A stretch of DNA of 63,292 nt, the filler included, from Chiloscyllium plagiosum (lineage: Eukaryota), in NCBI RefSeq assembly GCF_004010195.1. It is 4 parts of one record of this genome, joined end to end, with 100 filler letters (N's around TTAATTAATTAA, not from the genome) between each part and the next. Parts side by side here need not be neighbours in the genome. Positions count along the whole stretch, not along the records: positions 18,271 to 40,922 come from NC_057714.1; 3 more parts are not named here. One strand, given 5' to 3'. Below the pieces are notes generated by a model. That model saw only the letters and a program-made list of their open reading frames with translations, did not search any database and was not told the origin of the DNA. Positions within the stretch are counted from its first letter, which is position 1, and every line of letters starts with the position of its first letter. The position numbers and the translations under genes are program-made. Below, piece by piece: positions 25,975 to 38,690 of this stretch.

Positions 25975-27363
25975 GTGCCAACTATTCCCAGATACTATTC
26001 CCAGGTACAATTACACAGGTGCCAACTACTCCCAGATACTACTTCCAGGTATAATTCCACAGGTGCCAACTATTCCCAGGTACTATTCCCAGGTACAATT
26101 CCACAGGTGCCAACTATTCCCAGGTACTATTCCCAGGTATAATTCCACAGGTGCCAACTATTCCCAGGTACTATTCCCAGGTACAATTGCACAAGTGCCA
26201 ACTATTCCCAGGTACTATTCCCAGGTACAATTCCACAGGTGCCAACTATTCCCAGGTACAATTGCACAAGTGCCAACTATTCCCAGGTACTATTCCCAGG
26301 TACAATTCCACAGGTGCCAACTATTCCCATCTGCTATTCCCAGGTACAATTCTACAGGTGCCAACTATCCCAGGTACTATTCCCAGGTACAATTCCACAG
26401 GTGCCAACTGATCCCAGGTACTATTCCCAGGTACAATTCCACAGGTGCCAACTATTCCCAGCTACAATTCCCAGGTACAATTCCACAGGTGCCAACTATT
26501 CCCAGGTACAATTCCACAGATGCCAACTATTCCCAGGTATTATTCCCAGGTACAGTTCCACAGGTGCCACATATTCCCCGATACTATTCCCAGGTACAAT
26601 TCCACAGGTGCCAACTATTCCCAGGTACTATTCCCAGGCACAATTCCACAGTTGCCAAATACTCCCTGGGATTCTCTTCAACAGGTACCACCCGACCGTC
26701 CTCAGGTACAGTCCCACAAGTACCAATTTCCCTCAGGTACAGACCTACAGGTACCAACTACCCTCAGGTACAGACCTACAGGTACCAACTGCCCTCAGGT
26801 ACAGCCCATTGGTACTAATTTCTCTCAGGTACAGACCCACAAGTACCAACTGCCCTCAGGTACAGACCCACAGGTACCAACTGCCCTCAGGTACAGTCCC
26901 ACAGGTACCAATTTCTCTCAGGTACAGAGCCATTAGTACCAACTGCCCCCAGGTACAGACCCACAGGTACCAACTGCCCTCAGGTACAGTCCCACAGGTA
27001 CCAATTTCTCTCAGGTACAGAGCCATTAGTACCAACTGCCCCCAGGTACAGTCCCACAGGTACCAACTGCCCTCAGGTACAGACCCAGAGGTACTAACTG
27101 CCCTCAGGTACAGTCCCACAGGTACCAACTGTCCGCAGTTACAGTCCCAGAGGTACCAACTGCCCTCAGGTACAGACCTACAGGTATCAACTGCCCTCAG
27201 GTACAGACCCAAAGGTACCAACTGCTCTCAGGTACAGTCCCACAGGCACCAACTGTCCTCAGGTACAGTCCCAGAGGTACCAACTGCCCTCAGGTACAGT
27301 CCCAGAGGTATCAACTGTCCTCAGGTACAGTCCCACAGGTACCAATTGCCCTCGGGTACAGTC
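25975..27363. repeat. Compound minisatellite: mostly 44-bp units (caggtgccaactattcccaggtactattcccaggtacaattcca) then 31-bp units (caggtaccaactgccctcaggtacagtccca)
   Basis: Periods counted directly; block switch at about 26660-26700; lies between two PLE terminal-repeat pieces, themselves between CR1 fragments (about 25210-25720 and 27470-28020). Confidence 0.95.
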
Positions 27364-28769
27364 GATTTTCCTGCTTCTTGGATGCTGCCTGACCTGCTGT
27401 GCTTTTCCAGCACCTCTCTAAGGTTGACTCTATTCTCCAGCATCTGCAGTACCCACTTTTGCCTACAAGAGTCAGGATATCATGTTGCTACTTTTAAGAC
27501 TTTGGTTAGGCCATACTTAAATTAGTGCATTCAATTCTAGTTGTCACATTATAGGAAGGATGTGGAGGCTTTGACAGGGTGCAGAAGAGGTTTACCAGAA
27601 TGATGTCTAGAATTAGCGGGTATGAATTATTAGAAGGGGCTAGTAAAACTGAGGTTATTTTCTTTGGAACAGCGGATGCTGAGGGGAGACTTGATACATG
27701 TCTGTAACGTTATGAGATGCATGGATAGGGTTGACAGAATCTTTTTCCCAGATTGAAATGTTGTTAGTTCAAAGGAGTTGCGAGGGGCAAGTTATTTTTA
27801 AATTAGAGAGTGTTAGGAGTCTGGAGTGTGCTGCCAGGGTTGGTGCTGAAGGCACATACTACAGGGGCATTTAAGAGACTTTTAGATAAGTCTGTGATTT
27901 TACATGGAATAGCGGGATATGGATTAAGGGCAGCCAAAAGGGATTAGTTTAATTTAGTGTCATGTTCAGCACAACATTATGGGCCATAGGGCCTGTTACT
28001 GTGCTGTATTGTTCTAAGGGAAAGTTCTAAGTTATTTTTTTTTACATTTAAGTTCATGAGAATGGCAATGATGCATGGTGATGGGATAAACTTTTCACCG
28101 TATTTTATATTAACTACAAATGACAATAAATGATTCAATTCAATTCAATTCATAAAAAGTATAGGTGAAGGGTTTAAGATATTTGACTCATGAACTATAC
28201 CATTTATTCCTTTGGTGCAAAAGTTCAGTGTAAGATTTTAACTTCATAATTTTCACTCATTCCTTGGTGTGATTCTATACAATTAATCAATTTGGCTCCG
28301 CCAATACATCAATCCACTTTCTTAACCACAAAAACACCTACAGTCACCTGTTCAAAATGAGCCTTCGCACAAATGTTTGGTCTCAATTGCGCAAACACTT
28401 AGCCTAAGGTCAGACAGAGCGGAAACAGCAATCAGCTCACACATCAACAAGGAGTTGGTATGAGTTAGCACTGAATGGGAACAGGTAATAACTGGGGATT
28501 GTGAATAGCTTTCTGTCCTGCTCAGACCACGAATTTAACAAAAGGCGCCAGAACCTATTTAGAAATTTGAAGCCGGAGTTGTGTTTCCAATTAGAGCTTC
28601 TATTGCAGACTAACAGTTTAAGCCTGTAACATAGGGAAAACCAGCTGGAACATCAAAACAATGACAGGAAAGGTTATGATAGACTGCAATAAACAGTTGG
28701 AGAGATGGATGAAATGCTACGTTATACTTTAGGAAGAACACAGTTACAAAGAAGCTCGAGATGCTAAAG

Positions 28770-29050
28770 AAAACCTGCCTATCATTGAGAACTAGATATT
28801 GAAACAGTGGAGGAGCTCAGCAAACGTACCTTCTGTCTTGCCAGGGTAAAGCCCCACGTGCTGCTGTTGTGGCTACTTGAAAGCATCAAGTACTCTTGAG
28901 GTGTCTGCAGGACTTCGTCTGTTTCTGCTTGGAGGGATTGGTTTGGGGGGGGGGGGGGGGGCGGAGGGGCAGTGTCTCAGGATAAGGGTGATACACAGAT
29001 CGTCATCCTGTATAAGAACAAGGGTGACCGCAGCAGCTGTGACTATTGAG
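28770..29050 (+). mobile_element. Degraded RTE-clade LINE fragment
   Basis: TVEELSK, GKAP and VILYKNKGDRS motifs typical of RTE ORF2. Confidence 0.55.
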
Positions 29051-29439
29051 TGTCATGAGAAAGATGTGTCAGAATGCAGACCCTGGCTGGACACATTTGG
29101 AATCCAAGCATGGTTCCAGACTGAAAAATGTAGAATTGGCCTAATTTTCACAGTCTAACAAAAGAATTTCCATGAATGAAGGCATTTGTCAGTCTCACTC
29201 AGTGAGCAGTGGCAGTTTACCTAATCTGCTGGGGAAAGTAATGCTGCACATGATGTCACCTCTCCTAACAGCAGTATGATGGATATGGTCAGCTACATTA
29301 GGGCAACACTAGAAACCTTTGAGATCCTCATTTGGGTCAAACAGGACTGTGATCTGGCACTGACGCTCTCTGAAACAGTGTTCTCTTTGCAGCTGTCATA
29401 TGCCTTCAGCTTGAACAGCAGGTTCTATTTACATAATAG

Positions 29440-30780
29440 GGACTTGGATGTCCCGAGTTTGAAATTCTCTTGAGGTTAACATGGTGGTTCAGTTTGCAGT
29501 TAGGAAGGCAAATGCAATGGTAACGTTCATCTTGAGAGGGCAGAGATGTTCTGCTGAGGCTGTATAAGGCTCTGGTCAGACTGCATTCAGAACATTGTGA
29601 GGAGTTTTGAGCCCCGTATCTAAGGAAGGATGTGCTGGTCTTGCTATATGAGGAGCAGCTGAAGACTCTGGGTCTGTACTTGATGGAGTTAGAAGGACAA
29701 GGGGGACCTGACTGAGACTTACAGAATTCTGAGAGGCCTGGACAGGGTGGAAATAGAGAAGATGCATTCACCAGTAGGAGAGACTAGGACCCGAGGGCAG
29801 ACTCAGAGTGAAGGGACAACCTTTGAAAAATGAGACAAGGAGGAATTTCTTCAGCCACAGGATGGTTAATCTGTGAAACTCATTGCCATGGAAGGCTGTG
29901 CAGGCCAAGTCATTGAGTGTATTTAAGACAGAGATAGGTTCTTGATTAGTAAGGGGATCAAAAGTTATGGGGCGAAGGCAGGAGAATGGAAAACATATCA
30001 GCCAGGATCGAATGGTGGAGCAGACTCGATGGGCCAAATGGCCGAATTCTGCTCCTGTTTCTTACGGTCTTATCAGAATTGAGTGAAATCTATTCAGCCT
30101 TGCAAGGAGAGGCAGTGGTAAAATCATCGGGTACTCATAAAAAGCCCAAGGCTAATGCTCTGGGAACATGGGTTTGAATCCTTCCACAGCAGATGGTTAC
30201 ATGTCAACTAATCATCTATGACACCTCAGTTACTGAAGCAGTTCACATCTAAATGTAAAAAGACCTGGGCAATATCCAGACTCGGGCTGATAAGTAGAAA
30301 GACACAATCATGTCAGGCAAAGACCATCTCCAAAAATCCACCATTGCCCTTCTTGACCTTCAAAGGCATCACTATCACCGAATTCCCCACTACGAACATT
30401 TTGAGGGTTACCATTGACTAGAAACAGGACTAGATGAGCCACTTAAATACTGTGGCTACAAGAACAGGTCAGAGACTTGGAATCCTGGAGCAAGTAACTT
30501 GCCTGCTGACCTCCCAAAGCCTGTCCACTATTGACAAGGCATAAGGCAGGAGGTTTGATGGAATACTTCCCATTTAATTACAAGATGCACTGCAGAGATT
30601 CAACAAGGCTTGCAGATAGATAAAAATATCAGTTCCTGCAATTCACCATTCTCACTTGGGAACATGTTGTTGTTTCTTTTGTGTCACTGGGTCAAACTCT
30701 TGGAGCCACTTCCCTAGAGGCATCATGGGTGCCCCTACCACGGTTCAAGAATGCAGTTCACCACTGTCATGCCTCAGTAG
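29440..30780 (+). mobile_element. CR1 3' end (about 29440-30070), SINE head (about 30110-30200) and a Crack/L2-like LINE 3' fragment (about 30215-30780)
   Basis: CR1 3' motifs; the third piece (TNILRVTID) recurs at about 40040-40320. Clade assignment is tentative. Confidence 0.6.
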
Positions 30781-31329
30781 GGTAATGTGCTGGAAATCAA
30801 GCCTCATTATTCCTGGAGTCGTCACAAAAGTTACAGATTTGATCAAAGTATGCAAAATTCCCCCATTTAGCAGTCTTTCAGACCAAGGTGAAAACGAAGC
30901 ATGGACCAGATTTCAGTACTTATAATGATTAGCAATTCTTGTTAAGTAAATGGATTCTATCCACAGTAAGCAACTATGAACTGTTGAAACAAGTCTACTT
31001 GCTAAAACTGTAGCTCCCTTATAAAACACCCCTTACACACACATGGTGTTATGGGTGGAGCGAAAAACTGGAAAGTCAATTCAATGGCCCCTATACACAG
31101 GATTCACTGAGAAGATCCTTTTGAGTTGCCAGGACTTACTGCTCCTCGATCTCTCATCTCGAGGTACTTACAGGCAAGTGAAAGAGGCACAAAGCAACTA
31201 ATTCACAACTAATACAATCTCTGACTTATTGGTTAAAGCTACAGCCTACAGCAATGGGTGATGGAACATAAATGGGTTTTCTTTAGGCTATAGATACTTT
31301 TTTCCTGCAGAGATGACTACATCCCCATG

Positions 31330-31684
31330 GGGCAGCACGGTGACTCAGTGGTTAGCACTGCTGCCTCACAACACCAGGTCCCAGGTTCGATTCCAGCCTC
31401 GAGCGACTGTCTGTGTGGAGTTTACACGTTCTCCCTGTGTCTGTGTGGATTTCCTCCGGGTGCTCTGGTTTCCTCCCACAATCCAAAGATTGTGGGTCAG
31501 GTGAATTGGCCATGCTAAATTGCCCATAGTGTTAGGTGCATTGGTCAGAGGGAAATGGGTTCGGGTGGGTTACACTTCGGAGGGTCGGTCTGGACTGGCT
31601 GGGCCGAACACTTCGGAGGGTCGGTCTGGACTGGCTGGGCCGAAGGGCATGTTTCCACACTGTAGGAAATCTAATCTAATCTAA
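31330..31684 (+). mobile_element. HE1-like V-SINE with an internal 36-bp tandem duplication (31572-31643)
   Basis: A and B boxes, V domain; acacttcggagggtcggtctggactggctgggccga occurs twice. Confidence 0.85.
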
Positions 31685-31769
31685 AAGCTTCTGGCTATCT
31701 TGTTCTCACCCACAAGCTGTTCACCCATCTGGGAGCCAATCACACAGCTGTTGGCAGGCAGAATACAGA

Positions 31770-34060
31770 AATAATATCCCAGAATAAAGGGAAGCAAGGA
31801 AAGGAGGAATTGAAGGAGATCAGTTTTAGTGAAAAGAAATGCTGGAAGAAATTAATGGGACTGAATGCTGATAAATCTCCAGGGCCTGACAATCTACATT
31901 CTAAGTTATTAAACGAGGTGGTCCTGTAAATAATGGACACACTGGTTGTCATTTTCCAAACTTCTGGCATAGTCCTTGCAGGTTGGAGGGCTGTAAATGT
32001 AACCCCAATATTTAAAAAAGGAGGAAGGGGCAAAACTGGGAATTGCAGACCAGTTGGCCTACGACATTAGTAGGGAAATACTGGAGTAGATTAAGGAAAA
32101 GTAAAACAGAATACTTTGAAAATAACATTGAGTAAATTAACATTGAGTTACTGGAGAGAAACTGTGTTTGAGAAAACTACTGAGTTCTTTGAGGACGAGT
32201 TGTAGAATAGAAAAAGGAGGATCGGTGGATGTGGTGTATTTGGATTTTTAGAAAGTTTTTGATCAATTTTTGTTTGCAAGCTCAAAGCACATAGGATTGG
32301 GGGTAACAAACTGGCATGGATTGAGAATTGGTCAGCAAACAGGAAGCAGAGAATGGGAATAAATGAGCTACTTTCATAGGGGGAGGTGATGATTAATGGT
32401 TTACCACGGGAGTCACTGCTTGCGTCCTAGCTATTCACAATATATATCAATATTTTGGATAAAGAAATCAATCAGCTTACTGATGACACAACTAGGTGGG
32501 AATGAAAGTAGCGATGAAGATGTGAATGGACAAATAAATGGCAGATGCAGTAATAACATGGTTAATTGTGTAGTTGTCCAATTTGGTAGGAGAAACAGAA
32601 TGACGGAAAAACAGTACCAAACAGAGTATTATCTAACAGTGATAGATTGGGAAAGGTTCATGTACAAATGCTCTTGTCAAAGAAAGCAAGCATGCACGTG
32701 TTGCAAGAAGTCAGGAAGACAAATGGTATTTGGCCTTCATTCCAAGTGTTCAATATCAGTATCCCTTGAACACAGAGTTTTCCTTGTATTTACTGTGTAG
32801 CATGAGATTTCATTTAACAGCTATTACGGCAATAAATTAACTTTCCAAAATTGCAGCAAATGAAAAAAAAGGAAGAATTACAAAAACAGAGAGATCAGGC
32901 TACCCATTGAATTAGCATCAACAACTTGTCTGGTGCTTTCCTACATCCCTAACAGTGTGCTGTTTTCAAAAATAAATATTGCTTCTTCAAAGAATGATAA
33001 ACTAACCCGCAGATTAAAGCAGGCAAGTGGACAAAGATCATTGGCATCATGAGGTGGCACGGGCTAAAAGGGTTTAGACAACAAATTGACACAACGCGGG
33101 TACCTGCCCCTAGAGATATGGTATAACAATATATCCTTGGGCAGAGGGAAATTCTCATCATGCAGGCCTTGTAGGCAGCAGTACTCATCAGGCAATTGCT
33201 AAAGAACAGTCCACATAGAGTAGATAGAAGATGGACCAGAAGAGGAGAGGTGAGGAAGATGCAGGAAGAGGTCCCTAACATAGAGTCATAGGGATCTTGA
33301 CCGGAGGGCTGAGTGCTGCCTCATTATTTTAACAAGACCAGAACGTTCTGCGCCAACACCCTGTTTGCTAGTCTGCAGTCTAATACTGATGAGCTGATGA
33401 ATTGAGCAGAGCAATGATAGATGGAACGTAATCCTGATAAGCATGAAGTGATGCATTTTGGGTGGTCTAAGAAAGGGAGGATATATACAATGAATGGTAT
33501 GTCGCTAGGGAGTACTGAGAAACAAAGGCATCTTGGTGTACAAGCCCATAGATCCCTGAAGGTGTCTGCACATGTTGACAGGATGGTGAAGGTAGCGTAT
33601 GGGATGCTTGCCTTCATTAGTCAGGGCACAGAATTTGGAGCAGGGAACTCTTGTTACTGATTTACAAAACATTGCTTTGTAATGTTTACATTGCTTAGGC
33701 CACAGGTGAAATACTGTGTGCAGTTCTGGTCACCAGAATATCGAAGGACGTGATTAAACTGGAGAGAGTGCAGAGGAGATTCACCAAGATGTTGCCTGGG
33801 ATGGAAAGTCTCACTTATGAGGAGAGAGTCGATACACTGGATTTGTTTTCTTCAGAGCACAGGAGGCTGAGGGGGAATCTTACTGAGGTATACAAAACTA
33901 TAAGAGGCAGTGGTAGAGTACATTGTGAGAATATTTTTCTTATGCCCTCTGGTCTTATACATATTTGTCTACCATAAGTTTAAGGCAAGGGGGAAATGGT
34001 TTAGAGGTATCTGAGGAAACCTTTTCTCACCCAGAGAGTGGTAGCAATACGGAACGTGCT
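31770..34060 (+). mobile_element. Two degraded CR1 ORF2 fragments (about 31770-32745 and 33370-34060)
   Basis: DKSPGPD, VTPIFKKG, EVMHFG, ERVQRRFTKMLPG motifs. Confidence 0.75.
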
Positions 34061-34069
34061 GATAGATTG

Positions 34070-34190
34070 ACTGATTTATTATTGTCACAAACAGAGGGAC
34101 AAGTATTGTTTTGTGTGCTATATAGGCAGACCATACCAGATAGGATAGCAGAACAGAGTGCAGAATACAGTGTTACAGCCTCAGAGAAGG

Positions 34191-34224
<34 letters not shown>

Positions 34225-34630
34225 AGAATGAACATTTGAACATCCGCTCAAAAGTCTGACAGTGGTGGGGAAGAAGCTGTTCTTGAATCTGCTTGTTATG
34301 TGTGTTCAAACTTTTACATCTTCTGCCCGATGGAAAAGAGTATAACTGAGGTAGGAAGGGAGTAGCATGAAGTACAGGTGAAGTCAGTGGATGGGAGGCT
34401 GGTTTGCGTGATGGACTGTGATGGGTTCATAACTGTCTGAAGTTTCATGCAGACTTGGGAACAGCAATTGCCATACCACGCTGTGAGGCATCCAGAGAGG
34501 ATGCTTTCTATGCTGCATCTATAAAAATTGCGAAGAGTCCTTGCAGACATGCCGAATGTCCTTAGCCTCCTGAGGAAGTAGAGAAGTTGTTGTGCTGTCT
34601 TGACCATCACATTGATGTAGGTGGACCAGA
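34070..34630 (-). mobile_element. Rex1/Babar-like LINE 3' fragment
   Basis: AQQLLYFLRRLRTFGMS..TL.NFYRCSIESILSGCLTAWYGNC; a related piece lies at about 39150-39440. Confidence 0.8.
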
Positions 34631-35294
34631 GGCTGGTGGAGGCAGGCACTCTTGCAACATTTAAGAAACATCTGGATGATAGCCTACTATGCCCTGGCAT
34701 TTTAAGCAATGAGCCAAGTGCAGGAGTATGAGATTTGAGTAGTTCCTGCTCCAGCCTCAACTCGCTTCTGGGACCTGGCCAGTGCGTGCTCTGGGGTGGG
34801 AGTGTGAGCATGACAAGCAGGGACTGGCTGAGGGGGATGGGTCCTGAGAAACAAGTTGCAAGCTGGAGCCAGGTGAGTGGAGCCAGTGTGGCCTCATGTT
34901 CTGCAGCCCAGTGGGCACAAAATCAGTGAAAAAGGATTTCAGCTTGAGTACTTGAAGATACTTTTTAATTCTCATTCTTGATATTTTAAACACTGTGTTC
35001 CCATGCTAGTTCAAGTATTGTTACAGAATTGAAATAGTAGAAAAAAAAAGTATCTGTACTTCGGTACCCTGTACCTAAGATGGCACCAAGAAGCGAAATT
35101 ACAAACTTCCACTGCACTCATTTGAGCGCACGTAATAATAAAGGCGATTCTCCTACTCTACTTCAATGTGTCTTGGCTGGCACAGACAGAGTGGGCCAAA
35201 AGACCTGTTTCTATGCTGTATGACTAACAATGACCATTCCCAATTGTCATGATTAATTAGATTAAAAAATGTGAACAATAATATATCAACTGTC

Positions 35295-38200
35295 GGATGC
35301 TGAGGGGTGATCGTTTGGAGGTTTATAAAATCATGAGGGGCATGGATAGGATACATTCCTGGGGTGGGAAAGTCCAGAACTAGAAAGCGCAGGTTTAGGG
35401 TGAGAGGGGAAAGATATAAAAAGGGGTGTGAGGGGCAACGTTTTCACACATGGAGTGGTGTATGTATGGAATGAGCTACCAGAGGAAGTGACCCTAGAAC
35501 TCTGTGGGAAGCCAGAGAAGTGATTGCTGGGCCTCTTGCTGAGATATTTGTATCATCAATAGTCACAGATGAGGTGCCATAAGACTGGAGGTTGGCTAAC
35601 GTGGTGCCACTGTTTAAGAAGGGTTTGTAAGGACAAGCCAGGGAACTATACACCAGTGAGCCTGACCTCGGTGGGGGTCAAGTTGTTGGAGGGAATTCCG
35701 AGGGACAGGATGTACATGTATTTGGAAAGGCAAGGACTGATTAAGGATAGTCAACATGGTTTTGTGCGTGGGAAATCATGTCTCACAAACTTGATAGAGG
35801 TTTTTGAGGAAGTAACAAAGAGGATTGATGACGGCAAAGCAGTAGATGTGATTTATATGGGCTTCAGTAAGGCGTTCGACAAAGTTCCCCTTGGGAGACT
35901 GTTTAGCAAGGTTAGATCTCACAGAATACAGGGAGAACTAGCCATTTGGATACAGAACTGGCTCAAAGGTAGAAGACAGAGGGTGGTGGTGGAGGGTTGT
36001 TTTTCAGACTGGAGGCCTGTGACCAGTGGAGTGCCACAAGGATCGGTGCTAGATTCTCTAATTTTTGTCATTTACATAAATGATTTGGATGCGAGCATAA
36101 GAGGTACAAGTTGGTAAGCTTGCAGATGGCACCAAAATTGGAGGTGTAGTGGACAGCGAAGAGGGTTACCTCAGATTACAACAGGATCTGGACCAGATGG
36201 GCCAACGGCTGAGAAGTGGCAGATGGAGTTTAATTCAGATAAATGCGAGGTGCTGCATTTTGGGAAAGCAAATCTTAGCAGGACTTACCATTAAGTATAT
36301 AAAGTCTTAGGGAGTGTTGCTGAACAAAAAGACCTTGGAGTGCAGGTTCATAGCTCCTTGAAAGTGGAGTCGCAGGTCGATAGGATAGTGAAGAATGGGA
36401 ACTAGCATGGGAACACAGTGTTTGGTATGCTTTCCTTTATTGGTCAGAGTATTGAGTTGGGAGGTCATGTTGCGATTGTACAGGACATTGGTTAGGGCAC
36501 TGTTGGAATATTGCGTGCAATTCTGGTCTCCTTCCTATCGGAAAGATGTTGTGAAACTTGAAAGGAGGTGCTGGCAGGTGGGACTAGATTGGGGTTGGGA
36601 CATCTGGTCAGCATGGACGGTTGGACCGAAGGGTCTTTTCCATGCTGTACATCTCTATGACTCTATGGTGGAGGTTGGTACACTTCCAGCATTTAAAAAG
36701 CATCTGATGGAAACAAGAATAGGAAAGGTTTAAAGGGATATGGGTCGGGTGCTGGCAAGTGGGACTAGATTGAGTGGGGATATCTGGTCGACATGGATGG
36801 GTTGGACGGAAGGGTCTGTTTCCACGCTGTACATTTCTATGACTATGACTCTAGTGTTTCCTAACAAACTCAATAAATTATCCACAAATTGTCGTTGGCA
36901 GATAGGATCAAGGAAAATCCTAAAGCTTTCTATAGGTATATCAAGAATAAAAGAATGACTAGAGAAAGATTAGGGCCAATCAAAGATAGTAGTGGGAAGT
37001 TGTGCATGGAGTCCAAGGAGATGGGGGAAGTGGTAAATGAATATTTCTCGTCAGTGTTCACACTGGAAAAAGACAATGTTGTCGAGGAGAATTCTGAGAT
37101 ACAGGCTACTAGACTAGACGTGATTGAGGTTTGCGAGGAGGAGTTGTTAGAAATTCTGGAGAGTGTGAAAATAGATAAGTCCCCTGAGCCAGATGGGATT
37201 TCTCCTAAGATTCTCTGGGAAAGCAGGGAAGCGATTGCAGGGTCTTTGGTTTTGATCTTTATGTCATCATTGTCACCAGGAATACTGCCAGAAGACTGGA
37301 AGATAGCAAATGTTGTCCCCTTGTTCAAGAAGGGGAATAGAGACAACCGTGGTAATTATAGACCAGTGAGCCTTACTTCGGTTGTGGGTAAAGTGTTGGA
37401 AATGGTTATAAGAGATAGGATTTATCATTATCTAGAAAGGAATAAGTTGATTAGGGATAGTCAACACCTAAGGGTAGGTTGTGCCTCACAAACCTTGTTG
37501 AGTTCTTTGAGAAGGTGACCAAACTGGTGGATGATGGCAAAGTGGTTGATGTGGTGTATATGGATTTCAGAAAGGCGTCTGATAAGATTCCCCATGGTAA
37601 GCTATTGCACAAAATATGGAGGGATGGGATTGAGGGTGATTTAGCAGTTTAGATCAGAAATTGGCTAGCTGAAAGAAGACAGAGGGTGGTAGTTGATGGG
37701 AAATGCTCATCCTGGAGTTCAGTTACTAGTGGGGTACCGCAAGGATCTGTTTTGGAGCCACTGTTGTTTGTCATTTTTATAAACGACTTGGATGAGGGCA
37801 TAGAAGGACGGGTTAGTAAATCTGTGCATGACACGAAGGTAGATGGAGTTGTGGATAGTGCTGAAGGATGTTGCATATTTCAGAGGGACATAGATAAGCT
37901 GCAGAGGTGGGCTGAGGGGCGGCAAATGGAATTTAATGCGGAAAAGTGTGTGGTGATTCACTTTGGAAGGAGTGACAGGAATAAAGAGTATTGGACTAAT
38001 GGTAAGATTCTTGGTAGTGTAGAAGAGCAGAGATCTCGGTGTCCATGTACATAGATCCCTGACAGTTGCCATCCAGGTTGATAGGGTTGTTAAGAAGGCA
38101 TATGGTGTATTGGCTTTTATTGATAGAGGGATCGAGTTTCGGAGTCACAAGATCATGCTGCAGCTGTACAAAATTCTGGTGTGGCCGCACCTGGCATATT

Positions 38201-38690
38201 GCATATAGTTCTGGTTACCACATTATAAGAAGAATGTGGAGCTTTGGAAAGGGTCCAGAGGAGATTTACCAGGATGTTGCCTGGTATGGAAGGAAGGTTT
38301 TACAAGGAAAGGCTGAGGGAACTGAGGCTGTTTTTGTTAGAGAGAAGAATGTTGAGAGGTGACTTAATTGGGACATACAAGATAATCAGAGGGTTAGATC
38401 GGATAGACAGTGAGAGGCTTTTTCCTCGGATGGTAATGGCTAGCATGAGGGGACATAGCTTTAAATTGAGGGGTGACAGATGTAGGACAGATGTCAGAGG
38501 TAGTTTCTTTACTCAGAGAGTAGTAGGGGTGTGGAACGCATTACCTGCAACAGTAGTAGACTCGCCAACTTTAAGGGCATTTAAATGGTCATTGGATAAA
38601 CACATGGATGAAAATGGAATAATGTCGGATAGATGGGCTTCAGACTGGTTCTACAGGTCAGTGCAGCATCGAGAGCCGAAGGGCCTTACA
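35295..38690 (+). mobile_element. Tandem CR1 ORF2 copies (about 35490-36850 and 36890-38690)
   Basis: ORFs 35569-36117, 36889-37518, 37686-38054 and 38244-38696 carry canonical CR1 RT motifs. Confidence 0.9.

Noticed and set aside
25898..27525. 306-aa and 428-aa ORFs as a novel repetitive protein
   Set aside because: They are translations of a stop-poor minisatellite, open in several frames, with unit lengths not divisible by 3 and ends running into TE sequence.
28828..28910. Minus-strand exon ending AAG|gtacgt as the missing ARHGAP39 exon
   Set aside because: The translation does not match ARHGAP39 and the region reads as an RTE fragment on plus.
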